A DNA stretch of 64,000 nt, from contig OZ249436.1 of the NCBI GenBank assembly GCA_965235115.1, positions 40,736,001 through 40,800,000 on the forward strand. Reading direction: 5' to 3'. Of this stretch, positions 24,558 to 37,625 are shown in pieces. The translations under genes were made by a program, and so were the position numbers. The notes under the pieces are model-generated. The model worked only from the letters and a program-made list of their open reading frames with translations, was not told where the DNA came from and did not search any database. How positions within the stretch are numbered: position 1 is the first letter of the stretch; the number at the start of each line of letters is the position of its first letter. The DNA is from Laetmonice hystrix (Eukaryota).

Positions 24558-27500
24558 AGGCTTTGACGAGGTAAGCATGAAACCCGGCCGAACTGGCTTC
24601 CCGTAACGCTCAACCAGGTTGACATAGTTGCTTTAAGTACAAGTCTGTAAAGTGCGAAATATAACCCTATGGAATACCGGCGACGACATGCGAGATGCGA
24701 GACAGTGTGTTTGGGTTAGGGTAAAGGTTAGGCCTAGGGTTAGTGTCAATTTTCACTTTAGCCATAAAATTATTGTTAAATAGGCACTAATTGAGCAGTG
24801 GATCTTGATGTCGGTGTCAATAAGAAACATTCTATGTGCTAAATTGACACTGTTCGGTCCCATGTCGCTTCTCGCATCTCGCATGTCGTCGCCGGTATTC
24901 CATAATAACCCCGCTGTTTGTCCTTATATACAGACAACATTACAAAAATTCCGTGAGTCAACCCCCCCCCCCCCCGCGTTGAAGTTGTACTCCTCAAAAA
25001 AGGAAAACGAAACAGACACTTCCATAACGTCCAAACCGCAGCTATTGTAAGCGTGTTATCAATGTATCAGTCAAATTGTGTACTGCGGGACAATGAGTAA
25101 TTGTTCGACCGACACAATGTGCCAGACCATTCCATCTCATTCTGACAGTCATTTTGCTGACGACGACCATTGATTTTTCTACAATACACTCATATCTCCA
25201 ATATCTTATAGATTTAAAGATAAATAATGTTCCATTGCTCACTCGATCTATCCTTACTGATGTCCATGCAGCAAGGCACAGCCCTCAGTGACATTGTCAT
25301 AGTTTGTCACTCATATTATAAATTGTTGTTTTTCATGATAATATAACTTTACTAAATGTCTACCAGTTGGCTGGCAGCTAAAAACCTGGCCGTATATCAG
25401 GTGACTATTAATTGGGGTCAGAATCCTAGACCTGTGTATAGAGACTAATGGAGCCGTTCCATTACAGGCACATCTGGAATTACCTTAATGGACATGTTCT
25501 GTTCTATAATACGAGTGTCGAAATCAGGGCAAGGTGCGGACGTGCCAGGGCCGTATCATCCACCTATTTCTACTTCGAACTATATCCTATATATAGTCCA
25601 TCCTAAGGACAGGTATTTTTCAAATTAATTCTAAAGCCTACGGGTAATGGTCGAATTGGACATAGTATGTATGTAAGTACATGTAAAAGTAGGCTAAATG
25701 TATAATCTAAAAGGGTGTAAGTCATAATACCTCACAGGGGTGTCGGAAGCTATTCATAGTCGGGGGCCAAGCTTGAAGAAGGAGCCAGCCATCTCTGGCC
25801 AGCCTATGCCTTGACACAATGACAGGAGCCAACCACCTCTGGTCAGGCTATGCCTTGACATAATGACAGGAGCCAACCACCTCTGGTCAGCCTATGCCTT
25901 GACACAATGACAGGAGCCAACCACCTTTGGTCAGCCTATGCCTTGACATAATGACAGGAGCCAACCACCTCTGGTCAGCGTATGCCTTGACACATTGACA
26001 GGAGCCAACCACCTCTGGTCAGGCTATGCCTTGACACAATGACAGGAGCCAACCACCTCTGGTCAGGCTATGCCTTGACATAATGACAGGGGTGTTTTAA
26101 AAGGCGGTGGTGGTTACTACGCAACGGGAAATTTTAGAAAGTAAGGGGGCAATTTGAGGCAATTTTAGCTTGGAATTTTGAATTTTGATCTTTGGAAATG
26201 GGGGGGGGGGGGGGGCAAATGATACTCTGGTCCCCTCCGGTAATATTGGGAGGGGGATGAACCCCTGCCCCCCGTTCCGACACCCCTGCCTCATGCGGTT
26301 ACTGGGGCAAATACTGGCTTTCAAATATCCTCGCCTATGGGGTGCAATAGAATGCAGGCAATCCCATCCCTGGAGGAAGATACCAAACTTTTGAACAATC
26401 AAAAATATTTTTAATTTAGATCTTTGTTGTCCGTTCCGTAAACAAGAAGACATAAATCAGGATGCACACTTGTCTTTGACATCCATCTTAAAGTTTGGTG
26501 AAGGATTTGGTCAAGATCATATTACACAGGCAACTTTATTTATTCAAGAGATATTCCGAAGATAAAACATTCCGCCATCAAACCGAATAACTGATGAGGC
26601 CTGTATTTGTCTGAGGGCCCATGACCGCCTTTAATTAAAAATAGCGTGATGGCATGTCCATTTCGTTGTTTTTCTTGTGGAAAAAATTACCATGAATCAA
26701 CAGAAGCTTCATCAGTAACTCTCCTTCCCTGTGTCACCCACACCTCTTTCAGCCTGGATACAATGAAGCTGCGTTTAAACTTAGTCACGCCATGGCTGCA
26801 TATAACCATGGGAAATGTCCCAGCCTTGCTGTGTTCTCCAGAACATGGCCTGGGTTTAGTGAGTCTACCTTACATCACGGGACGATGGGAAATGTCCCAG
26901 CCTTGCCGTGTTCTCCAGAACATGGCCTGGGTTTAGTGAGTCTACCTTACATCACGGGACCATGGGAAATGTCCCAGCCTTGCCGTGTTCTCCAGAACAT
27001 GGCCTGGGTTTAGTGAGTCTACCTTACATCACGGGACCATGGGAAATGTCCCAGCCTTGTTGTGTTCTCCAGAACATGGCCTGGGTTTAGTGAGTCTACC
27101 TTACATCACGGGACCATGGGAAATGTCCCAGCCTTGCTCCAGAACATGGCCTGGGTTTAGTGAGTCTACCTTACATCACGGGACCATGGGAAATGTCCCA
27201 GCCTTGCTCCAGAACATGGCCTGGGTTTAGTGAGTCTACCTTACATCACGGGACCCAAAGCAAACGGAACGGGTTGAGGATCAACGTTGTGTTGTGGCCC
27301 GTGAGGTCGGCTAAATCACGAAAACACGAGCCGTGGCTCGAAAATTCTCCGCTTAAAGGGAAATGTGAGTGTTCGACGGAATTTGATTGACGACTAGAAT
27401 TTTCCAAATATTTTTATGGGGGATAGCCTTTGTCCTTAGGAGTACAAAGAAAAAAAAATCATATGTCACCGAATTAGATTTTTTTATACAGGCCTCCGTA

Positions 27501-30500
27501 AAAAATGGGTCTTTACTATAGGTTTCAATGGGAAAAACAGGATTTTTCAGACATTTTGACTAATAGTTAAAAAATGACCGCCAAATTTTTCATGAAACTT
27601 GGTAAAGTAAGATAAAGTGGATCAGGACTAATAGTTTAAAACAAAAAAAATTGGGGGTCACCGAAATAAAAAAAAAGTTACAGCCTGCCAAACAGTCAGT
27701 GCCTTGGTAAAACACGGGTCTTGACTATAGCATTCAATGGAGTAGACAGGTTCTGGCACAGAGTTTGGTTCATGGTTTAAAAAATACTACTGATTTCCAC
27801 ATCAAACTAGTTGACTGCATAAATAAGCCAAACATTTTTCTGTTAAAGCTCACTACGTGGCGCTTTGAATACTCACATTTCCCCAGTGGTACCAACGCGA
27901 CTCACTAGGTGGCGCTTTGAACACTCACATTTCCCTTTAAGTAAAACTTGCTTTAGTGAATTTACATGCTTCTGGTTGGCTATAGTTTATAAATAAATAA
28001 GAAAAATTGGCGTAAGTATGTCTCAAGTCTGCAGGAAAACAGTTTATTATAATTGGCATTGTTCTGTGTTTTTGCTCTGCTGTCAGACGACATTGACACC
28101 AGACTTTGGCACCAGACCTTGGGGGACTTCTGTTGATTCTAATGGCTGTCCTCCCCCTCACCCACACCCCACCAACACCCACACCCACATTGACACATGG
28201 ACACCAGACTTTGGCACCAGACCTTGGGGGACTTCTGTTCATTCTAATGGCTGCCCCCTCACCCACACCCCACCAACACCCACACCCTCATTGACACCAG
28301 ACTTTGGCACCAGACCTTGGGGGACTTCTGTTCATTCTAATGGCTGCCCCCCCTCACCCACACCCCACCAACACCCACACCCACATTGACACCAGACTTT
28401 GGCACCAGACCTTGGGGGACTTCTGTTGATTCTAATGGCTGCCCTCCCCCTCACCCACACCCCACCAACAACCACACCCACATTGACACCAGACTTTGGC
28501 ACCAGACCTTGGGGGACTTCTGTTCATTCTAATGGCTGCCCCCCCCCTCACCCACACCCCACCAACACCCACACCCACATTGACACATTGACACCAGACT
28601 TTGGACTTCTGTTCATTCTAATGGCTGTCCTCCCCCTCACCCACACCCCACCCCCACCCACACCCACCCAGACACATTGACACCAGACTTTGGCACCAGA
28701 CCTTGGGGGACTTCTGTTGATTCTAATGGCTGCCCCCCCCCTCACCCACACCCCACCAACACCCACACCCACATTGACACATTGACACCAGACTTTGGAC
28801 TTCTGTTCATTCTAATGGCTGTCCTCCCCCTCACCCACACCCCACCCCCACCCACACCCACCCAGACACATTGACACCAGACTTTGGCACCAGACCTTGG
28901 GGGACTTCTGTTCATTCTAATGGCTGCCCCCCCTCACCCACACCCCACCAACACCCACACCCACATTGACACATTGACACCAGACTTTGGCCCCAGACCT
29001 TGGGGGACTTCTGTTGATTCTAATGGCTGCCCTCCCCCTTACCCACACCCCACCAACACCCACACCCACATTGACACATTGACACCAGACTTTGGCCCCA
29101 GACCTTGGGGGACTTCTGTTGATTCTAATGGCTGCCCTCCCCCTCACCCACACCCCACCAACACCCACACCCATATTGACACATTGACACCAGACTTTGG
29201 CACCAGACCTTGGGGGACTTCTGTTGATTCTAATGGCTGCCCTCCCCCTCACCCACACCCCACCAACACCCACACCCCCGTTTGGAAACACTCTAGTCCG
29301 CCCCTGCAAATGATAATATATATTCCAATGCATTCGTCAACACTACGACTGAGGCATGGGGGAGGGGGGGGGCGACGTGTTGAATTGTTAATGGATAAAC
29401 CTATAATAGTGCACTGTTAACCCTGCCATGTTGTTTTAACTTAATCTTATTTAAAGGTACGGTGCTGCAGCAATGAAATTGAGCCAAATAAGCAATTTTA
29501 ACTTGAGCTGATTCAGATTATGTTTGTTTATTTTGTTTTCTTCCATATACATGTGTAAACTAATTACATAAACTATCTACAGCTGCGAGTATGTATCGTC
29601 CCGTCAACGGATCTAATCCGGGTTCTTGGAAGTAACGCTTTCATCATACAACTTACAAGGTATATACAACACGGGTCGAGTTAATGAAGATTTACACACA
29701 GAATACCCTTGGGTGGTTGAGAGACTTTGATAGACGCCATCACTGTGGCAGGGCTCTGTTAGTAGTATCAATGTCCTCCTTGATATGAATACCCTTGGGT
29801 GGTTGAGAGACTTTGATAGACGCCATCACTGTGGCAGGGCTCTGTTACTAGTATTAATGTCCTCCTTGATATGAATACCATTGGGTGGTTGGAAGACTTT
29901 GATAGACGCCATTACTGTGGCAGGGCTCTGTTAGTAGTATTAATGTCCTCCTTGATATGAATACCACTGGGTGGTTGAGAGACTTTAATAGACGCCATTA
30001 CTGTGGCAGGGCTTTGTTACTAGTATCAATGTCCTCCTTGATATGAATACCATTGGGTGGTTGGAAGACTTTGATAGACGCCATTACTGTGGCAGGGCTT
30101 TGTTACTAGTATCAATGTCCTCCTTGATATGAATACCATTGGGTGGTTGAGAGACTTTGACAGACGCCATCACTGTGGCAGGGCTCTGTTACTAGTATTA
30201 ATGTCCTCCTTGATATGAGGCTCAGATATTGTAAAACGTATGTGGTATACAGGAGGTCTAGCCGGCCTAACGAAGCGAGTATTCTCAATTCGCTGGTGGT
30301 GAAATACTGTTTGATTGAATTTACTATCTGAATGAAAGTTGCGTATAAATCTGCAACATTTGATGCCAAGATGGTATCTTTCCATTTACTGCTAAACTAG
30401 TGTAAATGTCTGGTGGTGTTAAGTACTGCCTCCAGGCATGGTTTTCGGAAACTTAACAGGAAAAGCTCTCGATAGAACGTGATACAAAAACCTAGAAACC

Positions 30501-31944
30501 CCACCTGTGATGACTATGCGTGTGATGAAGATATCTCTGTCACTATCAAACTTGATACAGCTGCTTATTAAACCAAAAATGCTTTTAAAGAGAACCGAAA
30601 CCGCCACAAGCGATAGGGCCCATGGCTTCTATGGTATAGTGCCTTTTACCTGCCACCATCTAATTCCCACAAAGTCTGTGTGCTAAAAGTAATCCCCGAT
30701 AGAAACTGACAGTTGACCGTATGCCGACTGCCTCCATCTTTCTGCAGTCACTGCTGTCAGACCTTATAAAAATGGCGTCGCTATAGCCTACCCCATTCCC
30801 CATCACCTAGACAGAGCATCGTCCCAGTTACTTGTCAGTTCTAGGACGGACAGCCACCCCTTATGAAAACCAGCGTTCTGTAAGCCAGTGCTTACAGAAC
30901 GATAGGGACACCTTCATTAAGACTTTATGTACGACTGGAAACTATGTATGGGGGAGGTACAGGGAGGTACAAGGAGGTACAAGGACCCGCCGATTTTGAA
31001 TGGAAGCAATCCCATGCCCAGCTGGCGACCAAACAAATGAAGCCAATGGGTTTGGAACCCCAGGTTACCCATCACCGTGTTGGTAAACCATCTTCACCGA
31101 CACTATGTACAATAATGGGTACTGGTGAACTCGGCCCATGGTGACTTTAGACCATGATGATCTCGGTCCATGTCTAGGTGATGTCAGACTGATGTGGTGA
31201 AGTCGGCCCGAGCCTGGCATTGGTCGCAGGGCAGAGCCATGGGCTCGGGCTCGGCTTTCCGTCAGCTGCGGCAGGATGCAAGCCGGGAGCGGGTACCGTT
31301 AGGGACAACGGTAGCAGACGGTAAACCGCAGAGAAATATGGACACTGAATAAATTGTGAGGATGTTTAATATTTAACGACCGTAAGAAAATGGTCGGAGC
31401 AGAGTCTTTAACTCTTTTTGGGCATGTTTCCCATGTTTCTCAGCCATTTCCCCAACAAATCCCAGTCTGGGAAAGACGTGAAACGACAGTCAGTCTCCCT
31501 ACCTCACGTCTTTGCGTCTGGAGTTGCTGCAGTTCATAGCAGCACACCAGGCCCCGTTTCATAACTAATAACGCAGCTGCATTTTTAACGCAGATGCGCA
31601 CATAGCCTCATTTGAGGTTAATGTGTTGCATAACTAATAACGCAACGCACTATGCGTTCATAGCGCGCGTTGTCTGGCTCTAAAATCGTTTAATTAACGC
31701 GCACCTATAAAGGTCTGCGCTAACTTCCCATTATGAAATATAAAGCTGGCAATTCTACGAAAAAACGTAACGTGGATACTTAAATTGAAAAGTAGGGGAG
31801 ACCGGGGACAATTATGCAAATGCTTATGAAACAGTTTAACGCAACTATCGCTATCTTCATCGTTCGCTAATAACGCACTTGTGCGTTATTAGTGTGCGTT
31901 CGCTGTTAGTTATGAAACGGGGCCCAGGGGCGGATCATGTAAAT
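24558..31944 (+). repeat. Tandem segmental triplication, copy 3 (7387 bp)
   Basis: Same unit; continues into unique sequence (CATGTAAAT|TTTAAAAATC) at 31945. Confidence 0.97.
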
Positions 31945-32065
31945 TTTAAAAATCTTTCGTACAAATATAAAAAGGGCACTTGGGGTGGGGGGGGGGGCAC
32001 TTGGGGCGACAGGGGGAGTGCGCACCCCCTGCACCCCCTGGATCCGCCACTGCACACCCAGGCAT
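31388..32065 (-). pseudogene. THAP zinc-finger remnant (probably transposase-derived) split by nested MITEs
   Basis: After removing 31548-32052 and one TSD, the minus strand reads MPGCAA(M/V)NCSNSRRKDVR*GD*LSFHVFPR-(fs)-LLGKWLRN(M/L)GNMPKK..RLCSDHF, matching the THAP C2CH consensus (C-x4-C...FP...W...C-x2-HF). Copies 1 and 2 retain only the part downstream of the insertion. Confidence 0.85.
31548..32052. mobile_element. hAT-like MITE with 5-bp TSD, containing a nested Harbinger-like MITE
   Basis: CACAC|CAG[inner MITE]CAGGGGCGGATC ... GATCCGCCACTG|CACAC. Confidence 0.88.
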
Positions 32066-32230
32066 CTTCACGAATGATCAGCACCAAGTTAGTGGTGTGG
32101 TTAGGCCTGCTGATCGTTTTCCTCCTACTGTGACACGGATAATCTCACTCACAGTCTCTAGACTGTCTGACATCCTTGAATCCTCACCCGATCTGACCAG
32201 CACCCATGCAAAACTACAGCTGGTCGAAGC

Positions 32231-32260
32231 CACGTGCGGCTCTAATGACGTCACTTCCGG
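32231..32260 (-). promoter_or_regulatory. E-box plus overlapping ETS-CRE motif upstream of the THAP start codon
   Basis: CACGTG at 32231 and TGACGTCACTTCCGG at 32246-32260 (reverse complement CCGGAAGTGACGTCA), ~180 bp upstream of the ATG at 32065. Confidence 0.45.
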
Positions 32261-32709
32261 GTGACCTGATTATTTTTGATCGGCTGAATCAATCTCCCGT
32301 GTGATATTGTGATGAAAATGGCACCTAGATTCATTCTCTGCTAAAGGTAGGGTACTCATAGTTTAAGGTTGGCATTCTCGTTTATGTGAAACCTATTGAC
32401 CTGCATTTAGCCTATTGCTGATATTATTCTTTATTGTATAAGGCATATGGGAAGGTATAAAGTAGCTGGGGTGGGTTGCTCCAGGAATAACGATTTCGTT
32501 AAATTTTTGTCCTCGTTAACGCCCTTTTACGAGACGAAGTTAAAACTGTTGCTCCAGGTAGTAAGTCATCGTATCGTAATCGTGTCCTACACGGGGGAAA
32601 AGTACCGATACGAGAATGTAAGTACGGTGGCCCATATGGGACATGCGATTAATTTAATACTATTTATGGTTTTTTTCTTAATATAATACGATTTTTTTCT
32701 GTAATTCCG

Positions 32710-32797
32710 ACCGCGGTGGTAATAATTATCACCGCGGTGGGAATTATTACCACCGCGGTGGGAATTATTACCACCGCGGTGGGAATTAATACCACCA
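32710..32797. repeat. 21-bp tandem repeat, ~4 copies
   Basis: ACCGCGGTGGGAATTATTACC. Confidence 0.85.
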
Positions 32798-32924
32798 TCC
32801 ACCCAAAAACTTCACATCTACCTTAAAGTCTTTGCATACCAAGTAATTTCCTCTGTCGGTGAAGAGATAACAATTCATGCAATATTGCACATACCCCGAG
32901 TCGCCCAGCAACCAGTACCCTCTC

Positions 32925-33097
32925 CAGGCACGGCGGAGAAGGGGGGGCTGGGGGGGGGCTATAACCCCCCCCCCAGTAATTTCAGATAAAAAATCCCCAT
33001 AGCTTCCGGGGCCTAGGCGGCCCATGGACCCTCTCTTGAAGTGCTGTGATAGTGTAGCCCCTCTCCCCTCAATCCAAAATTGCTTTCGCCGTGCCTG
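32925..33097. mobile_element. hAT-like MITE with 5-bp TSD
   Basis: CTCTC|CAGGCACGGCG ... CGCCGTGCCTG|CTCTC. Confidence 0.88.
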
Positions 33098-33389
33098 CTC
33101 TCATATTATGACCACATTCACATCGTTCTACCAGTGTTGAACATTTGAATAATATATAGCTGTTATTCTGTGCGCCTGGCCAATGAGCATCGATGTAGGT
33201 GAAGCGCAGATATATGCATCACAAACAGCCTGAATTCGAATATAATGATAAGGGTGTGTTTATGGAAAACAAATTATTGTTTATAATGAGAAACTAGTTC
33301 TACATTTCCAACATTTATATAATATTTGGAAATAATATTCACCCGGTCACGATGTGACAGACCTCCTCCTGCTGATCTCCACTGCTTAA

Positions 33390-33913
33390 AGGGGCATATT
33401 ATGAGGAAACGTGAAAAATCGGTATTTCAAAGAACTTTTGCTGTTTTCATAAAGAGATCTTTCATTAATATTGCTTGGTAAACAAAGACAGACTTATCAG
33501 TTTCATTTTGTGTGAGAGATCGAAGTTTATGAAGCTCCCTTACCCGCTCTTCTGCCGATTTCGTAAAATATTGTGGCATTCTGATGCCAGACGATCGAGT
33601 GCAACTGCTGAATTGTTTACAACTAAGCGAATCACGTGACTAAGCACATGCCGAGAGTGCACACGCAGGATATGACACAGTATGCAATTACACGGGTTAA
33701 TGGGAGGTTGTCTATAGAAAATTATGGCGGGAGATGTGCTATCGGGAGAAATCTATAGGTTTGGTCGTATAGAATCTACTTGTGCTGCATACGCAGCGAA
33801 AACACGTCGGAGGACAAAATGCTGTGGTAGGATTATTTACTTGGATCCCTAGTACACGGTCATGTTGGATAATTGCCGGAAATCCTCCAAAACGTGTTTC
33901 ATAGCATGCCCCT
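33390..33913. mobile_element. TTAA-target (Kolobok-like) non-autonomous element
   Basis: TTAA|AGGGGCATATTATGA ... TCATAGCATGCCCCT|TTAA; the right TTAA abuts the next element. Confidence 0.82.
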
Positions 33914-33917
33914 TTAA

Positions 33918-34300
33918 AGGAATCATGTCAATTATTTCATATAGATTTTACAAATTGGCAAAAATACTGCTTGTAGACCTATAGAGTCTGGTAATTATGT
34001 TCCACTTGCCTGATTGGATTTCGTAAATATTTTTTTAGAAATATTTAAAAAACAGCAAATTTGGAATGACACGCGTCTTTTTAGCGATAGAGTTATAGCC
34101 GGGCGATTTTAACACCCTTTTCACAGAACGCGACAGGCTATGTCTGCAGGGCAGACATTCCCGATGGCGGAAAGCAGCGTTGTTTTTGAGTGTTCCCGAC
34201 AAGAAATGTGGAATGTGAAGGTGACGTACAGTCCATTTCGCTGCTGTCTGTTCATAATACATACGTATATTAAACCTAGGAAGTATCCTCGAGTGTGTCA
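33918..34300 (+). mobile_element. Truncated relative of the 9670-10245 TTAA element
   Basis: AGGAATCATGTCAA..TTTCATATA..CAAATTGGC, CACTTGCCTGATTGG and TTTCGCTGCTGTCTGTT..TATATTAAACCT match the 9670 element; right TIR not seen. Confidence 0.7.
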
Positions 34301-35838
34301 TCCTTTTTCAAAATTCAGCAAAAAAATGACACCTCACCAGGTTAGTTTATTTCTTAAGAGCGTTTGAAATTGATATGTTCGTCATGTTAATTAATAATTA
34401 CTGTTTAGATTTTTTTTTTTACCATTTCTATTTGTCATAATGGTCTTCAAGTTATAGAAGTGGTAAAAAAAAAGTTTGATTTTGAATATTTTTTCAATTT
34501 CTCACAGCTCCCTCTAGCAGAAAGTTTTGTTAACGATTGAAATAACGATTAGAAATAACGATCCAAGGGCCTCAAAACCTCGTCGTAAAAAACGCATGAA
34601 ATAACGAGCGATAACTCGTTTTTACGATACGATTTTTCATGGAGCAACATTTACCCCTCGTTAAGGTTTTGGCGATACGATTTTTGTTAACGATTTCCTG
34701 GAGCAACGCACCCCTGGATCCTTGCATTTCGCTCTAAATTAGGCGATGTCTGCCTTTTTGAAGTCTGGAAAAGAGCCCCGTTGTTATACCCTGGTTTCCT
34801 TATACGCTAAAGCTTGCTACATGTTATGCTTATTATACAGACCGGGTTATAATCAGTGGCCCATTTTCGGGAGGTCTGGGTCTAGAAATTTCTCCCAAAT
34901 CTTTCAATGAAATTCCATTATTTTTACGCATGAAACATAGAAACTAGGTAAGAGTTTGGAAAATAGAGTTGTGGGCCGGGTGCCCCCCCTGAATCCACCA
35001 TTGGTGTAGGCCCTCCACGAAGAGCATACTTTCAGATGCGAACAGTGCACGGCCATCGCCTGGCGGGAGGAGGCAACCGACCTCTCTGATTCTGGACCAG
35101 TAAGTCCAAGAGAAACTTTCTGGTGTCATACCCCCGGACCTTCCGATTTCACCAGGTACATCCTTTGATTTCACTGTCTGGCTTCAGCCCCACAGTCACA
35201 TTCACCAACCATTGCGGTAGAAATGAAGATGTCCCAACGGATCAGCCGCAAGGCAATCATAATTATAACACTTTACTGCTGTACATGTATATATGTTCAG
35301 CTCTCTTCACGAGTTGAACTTCGAACATGGACAAAGTGTACATAGCTGGCAACGGGGGAAGAACAGGCGCTGCCTGATCCGCTGCCAGGGTAAATAATGT
35401 GAATAAATAAATTTAAAAAAAATGATGCTATTTATATAGAGTAAATCCCGCTCGAACTCGGGGATAGATTAGAGGCTGGAGGCTGGAGGATGTTAGAGCT
35501 AGACCCACATCCTAGACACGTCGTCTTAGGTGGCTTTGAGCTATCAGGATAAACATCATTGCCATCCTACCCGTCATCGCATGCAAAACATTCCATGCAA
35601 TTATATAAATTGTAGAGATGTCTCAAACAACCGACGTCCTCCCTCAAAACATTTTCCGGATATTAAATGAACGAAATGCAAGTAATGGTCGGTTTGGGTG
35701 TAGCCATTCCTTGAAAACTGTCATCTGTGTCCCTTAGTTTTACTTAGTACATCCTTTTTCTTAAAAAACAGTATACTTACAGAAGTTAAACTACGATGAG
35801 CTCCCTCGTCTCGAGATTGTAGCTTAGGCCTAATCGAA

Positions 35839-35912
35839 CTCTCTCTCTGTCTCTCTGTCTCTGTCCCTCTGTCTCTCTCTCTCTCTGTCTCTCTCTCCCT
35901 CTCTCTATCTGT
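35839..35912. repeat. (CT/CTGT)n microsatellite
   Basis: Read directly from the sequence. Confidence 0.95.
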
Positions 35913-36806
35913 CCATCATTTCTAATCTTTGCTTTTCTTTCTCCGTTTTCATTTCTTTCTTTACTACAATTGATCAAACCTGTATTATATGAATTATGCA
36001 CCTTTGGTTTCTCACCACAGGAAGAAGTATATCATTAAAATGTCTTTTATTTGTCATTTGGTCCTTTCTTTGGGTCTCTGCGTTCAAAATTGAGGGGTAA
36101 TTACAACGAAATGCTTGATTGCCGTGTGTTTTCCGAAGCAGTAAGTTTTCCTCGGCGTGCTCGGAGCTGTCACGGCAAAAGAATGACGTTCATGTTTGCG
36201 CGATTACTGTTTTTGCTGTGGGTGATGGCATATTCATCATTTTCCATAACGTTTTAGTTTAGGCCCTATTATTTGTCGTTTTAACAATGCTTCTCCAAAT
36301 GCATGGTCTGACATAGCGAGAGATGATGGATACTGTACCATATGATTTCATAAATATCATTTGTATTTTCTGGTATCTCTGAATGAACATTCTCGTCGTA
36401 AAATATACCGTGCAATTTGTTAAAGGTCTGCCAAAAGTTTTGATGCAAATGAAAATGAAATGTTTTATATGGGAATCAATACTTGTTTGTGGGGAGGAAC
36501 TTTTCCATCTGTAATGTATATTTTGTACATGTTAAAAGTTTATATTATTATCACTAGGTGGTGTTGGTAGCGCTGATGAGCACTGAATAAAATCAATTTT
36601 CTCACTCCACATAATATTTGTTTATTTCTAAGGATTCGGGGTAAACTCTGTGAAAAGTATGAATTGTAATACAAATAGGAATTTACGAAGATTAGCCGTG
36701 AATAGAATTTCAGATTAAAACCGGGATACGTCATAAATTACGTTTACGGTCAACAGTTTACAGATTTTGTGTCGATAACTTAGCTGTAATACCACATGTT
36801 ATCTAT

Positions 36807-36990
36807 GGCCTGATCCACTAACGCGATTTTCATTGCGACGTCCATGCGATTTTGACATGCCCCTTTTATTTTACTGTGATTTTGACATTAAAGGATGGAA
36901 CCCATTTCCTGAGACAGGGAGTGAAATTCCACCATTTAATCAAAAATCGCGTCGCCGTCGTAAGGAAAATCGCCTTAGTGAATCAGGACC
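36807..36990. mobile_element. Short MITE, related to ~53672-53906
   Basis: GGCCTGATCCACTAACGCGATTTT / AAAATCGCCTTAGTGAATCAGGACC; shares TTGCGACGTCCATGCGATTTTGACAT with the reverse complement near 53860-53885. Confidence 0.6.
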
Positions 36991-37333
36991 AGTCCTCTGG
37001 GCAATCATCTTGCACGGAGATATCGAACCGATAAGGTACATACGGGACACCGGCAAATGGACAATAAACGTAAGGACACCATTGACTTCGTAATAACAGC
37101 CAAAGGTATTTTCCTAAATAGAAATGATAATAGTGCACAGGTATAAGATGCAACCTTGGAGACCTGGCATTAAGATTTATAGAGTAGCAGAACAAAACCT
37201 GCACGTACAAAACCTTTTGGGAGGCTCCTATAAGTAGATCTTGTATAGCCGCCGTGCCGACCCATGCGGCAGCGGTAGGGGCCACGGTTCTATCATTACG
37301 ACCCCTATCACGTTTCTTTCTCTAGCTCATGCA

Positions 37334-37556
37334 CTCACTCTCTCTCTGTCTCTCTCTCTCTGTCTCTCTCTCTTTCTCTGTCTCTCTCTGCGTCTTTCTG
37401 TCTCTGTCTCTCTCCTTCTGTCTGTCTATCTGTCTGTCTCCCTCCCTCCATCTGTCTGTCTGTCTCCCCCTCTGTTTCTGTCTGTCTGTCTCTCCCTCTG
37501 TCTGCCTCTCTTTCCCTCTGTCTGTCTCTCTCCCCCTCTATCTGTCTGTCTGTCCG

Positions 37557-37603
<47 letters not shown>

Positions 37604-37625
37604 CTCTCCCTCTCTCTCTCTCTCA
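37334..37625. repeat. (CT/CTGT)n microsatellite
   Basis: Read directly; explains the poly-SL and poly-RE ORFs. Confidence 0.97.

Larger units (their letters stand above)
32469..34713. mobile_element. PIF/Harbinger-like element (CTG TSD) enclosing several nested insertions
   Basis: CTG|GGGTGGGTTGCTCCAGGAA ... TTCCTGGAGCAACGCACCC|CTG, with AACGAT/TCGTTA subterminal repeats at both ends. Confidence 0.8.
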
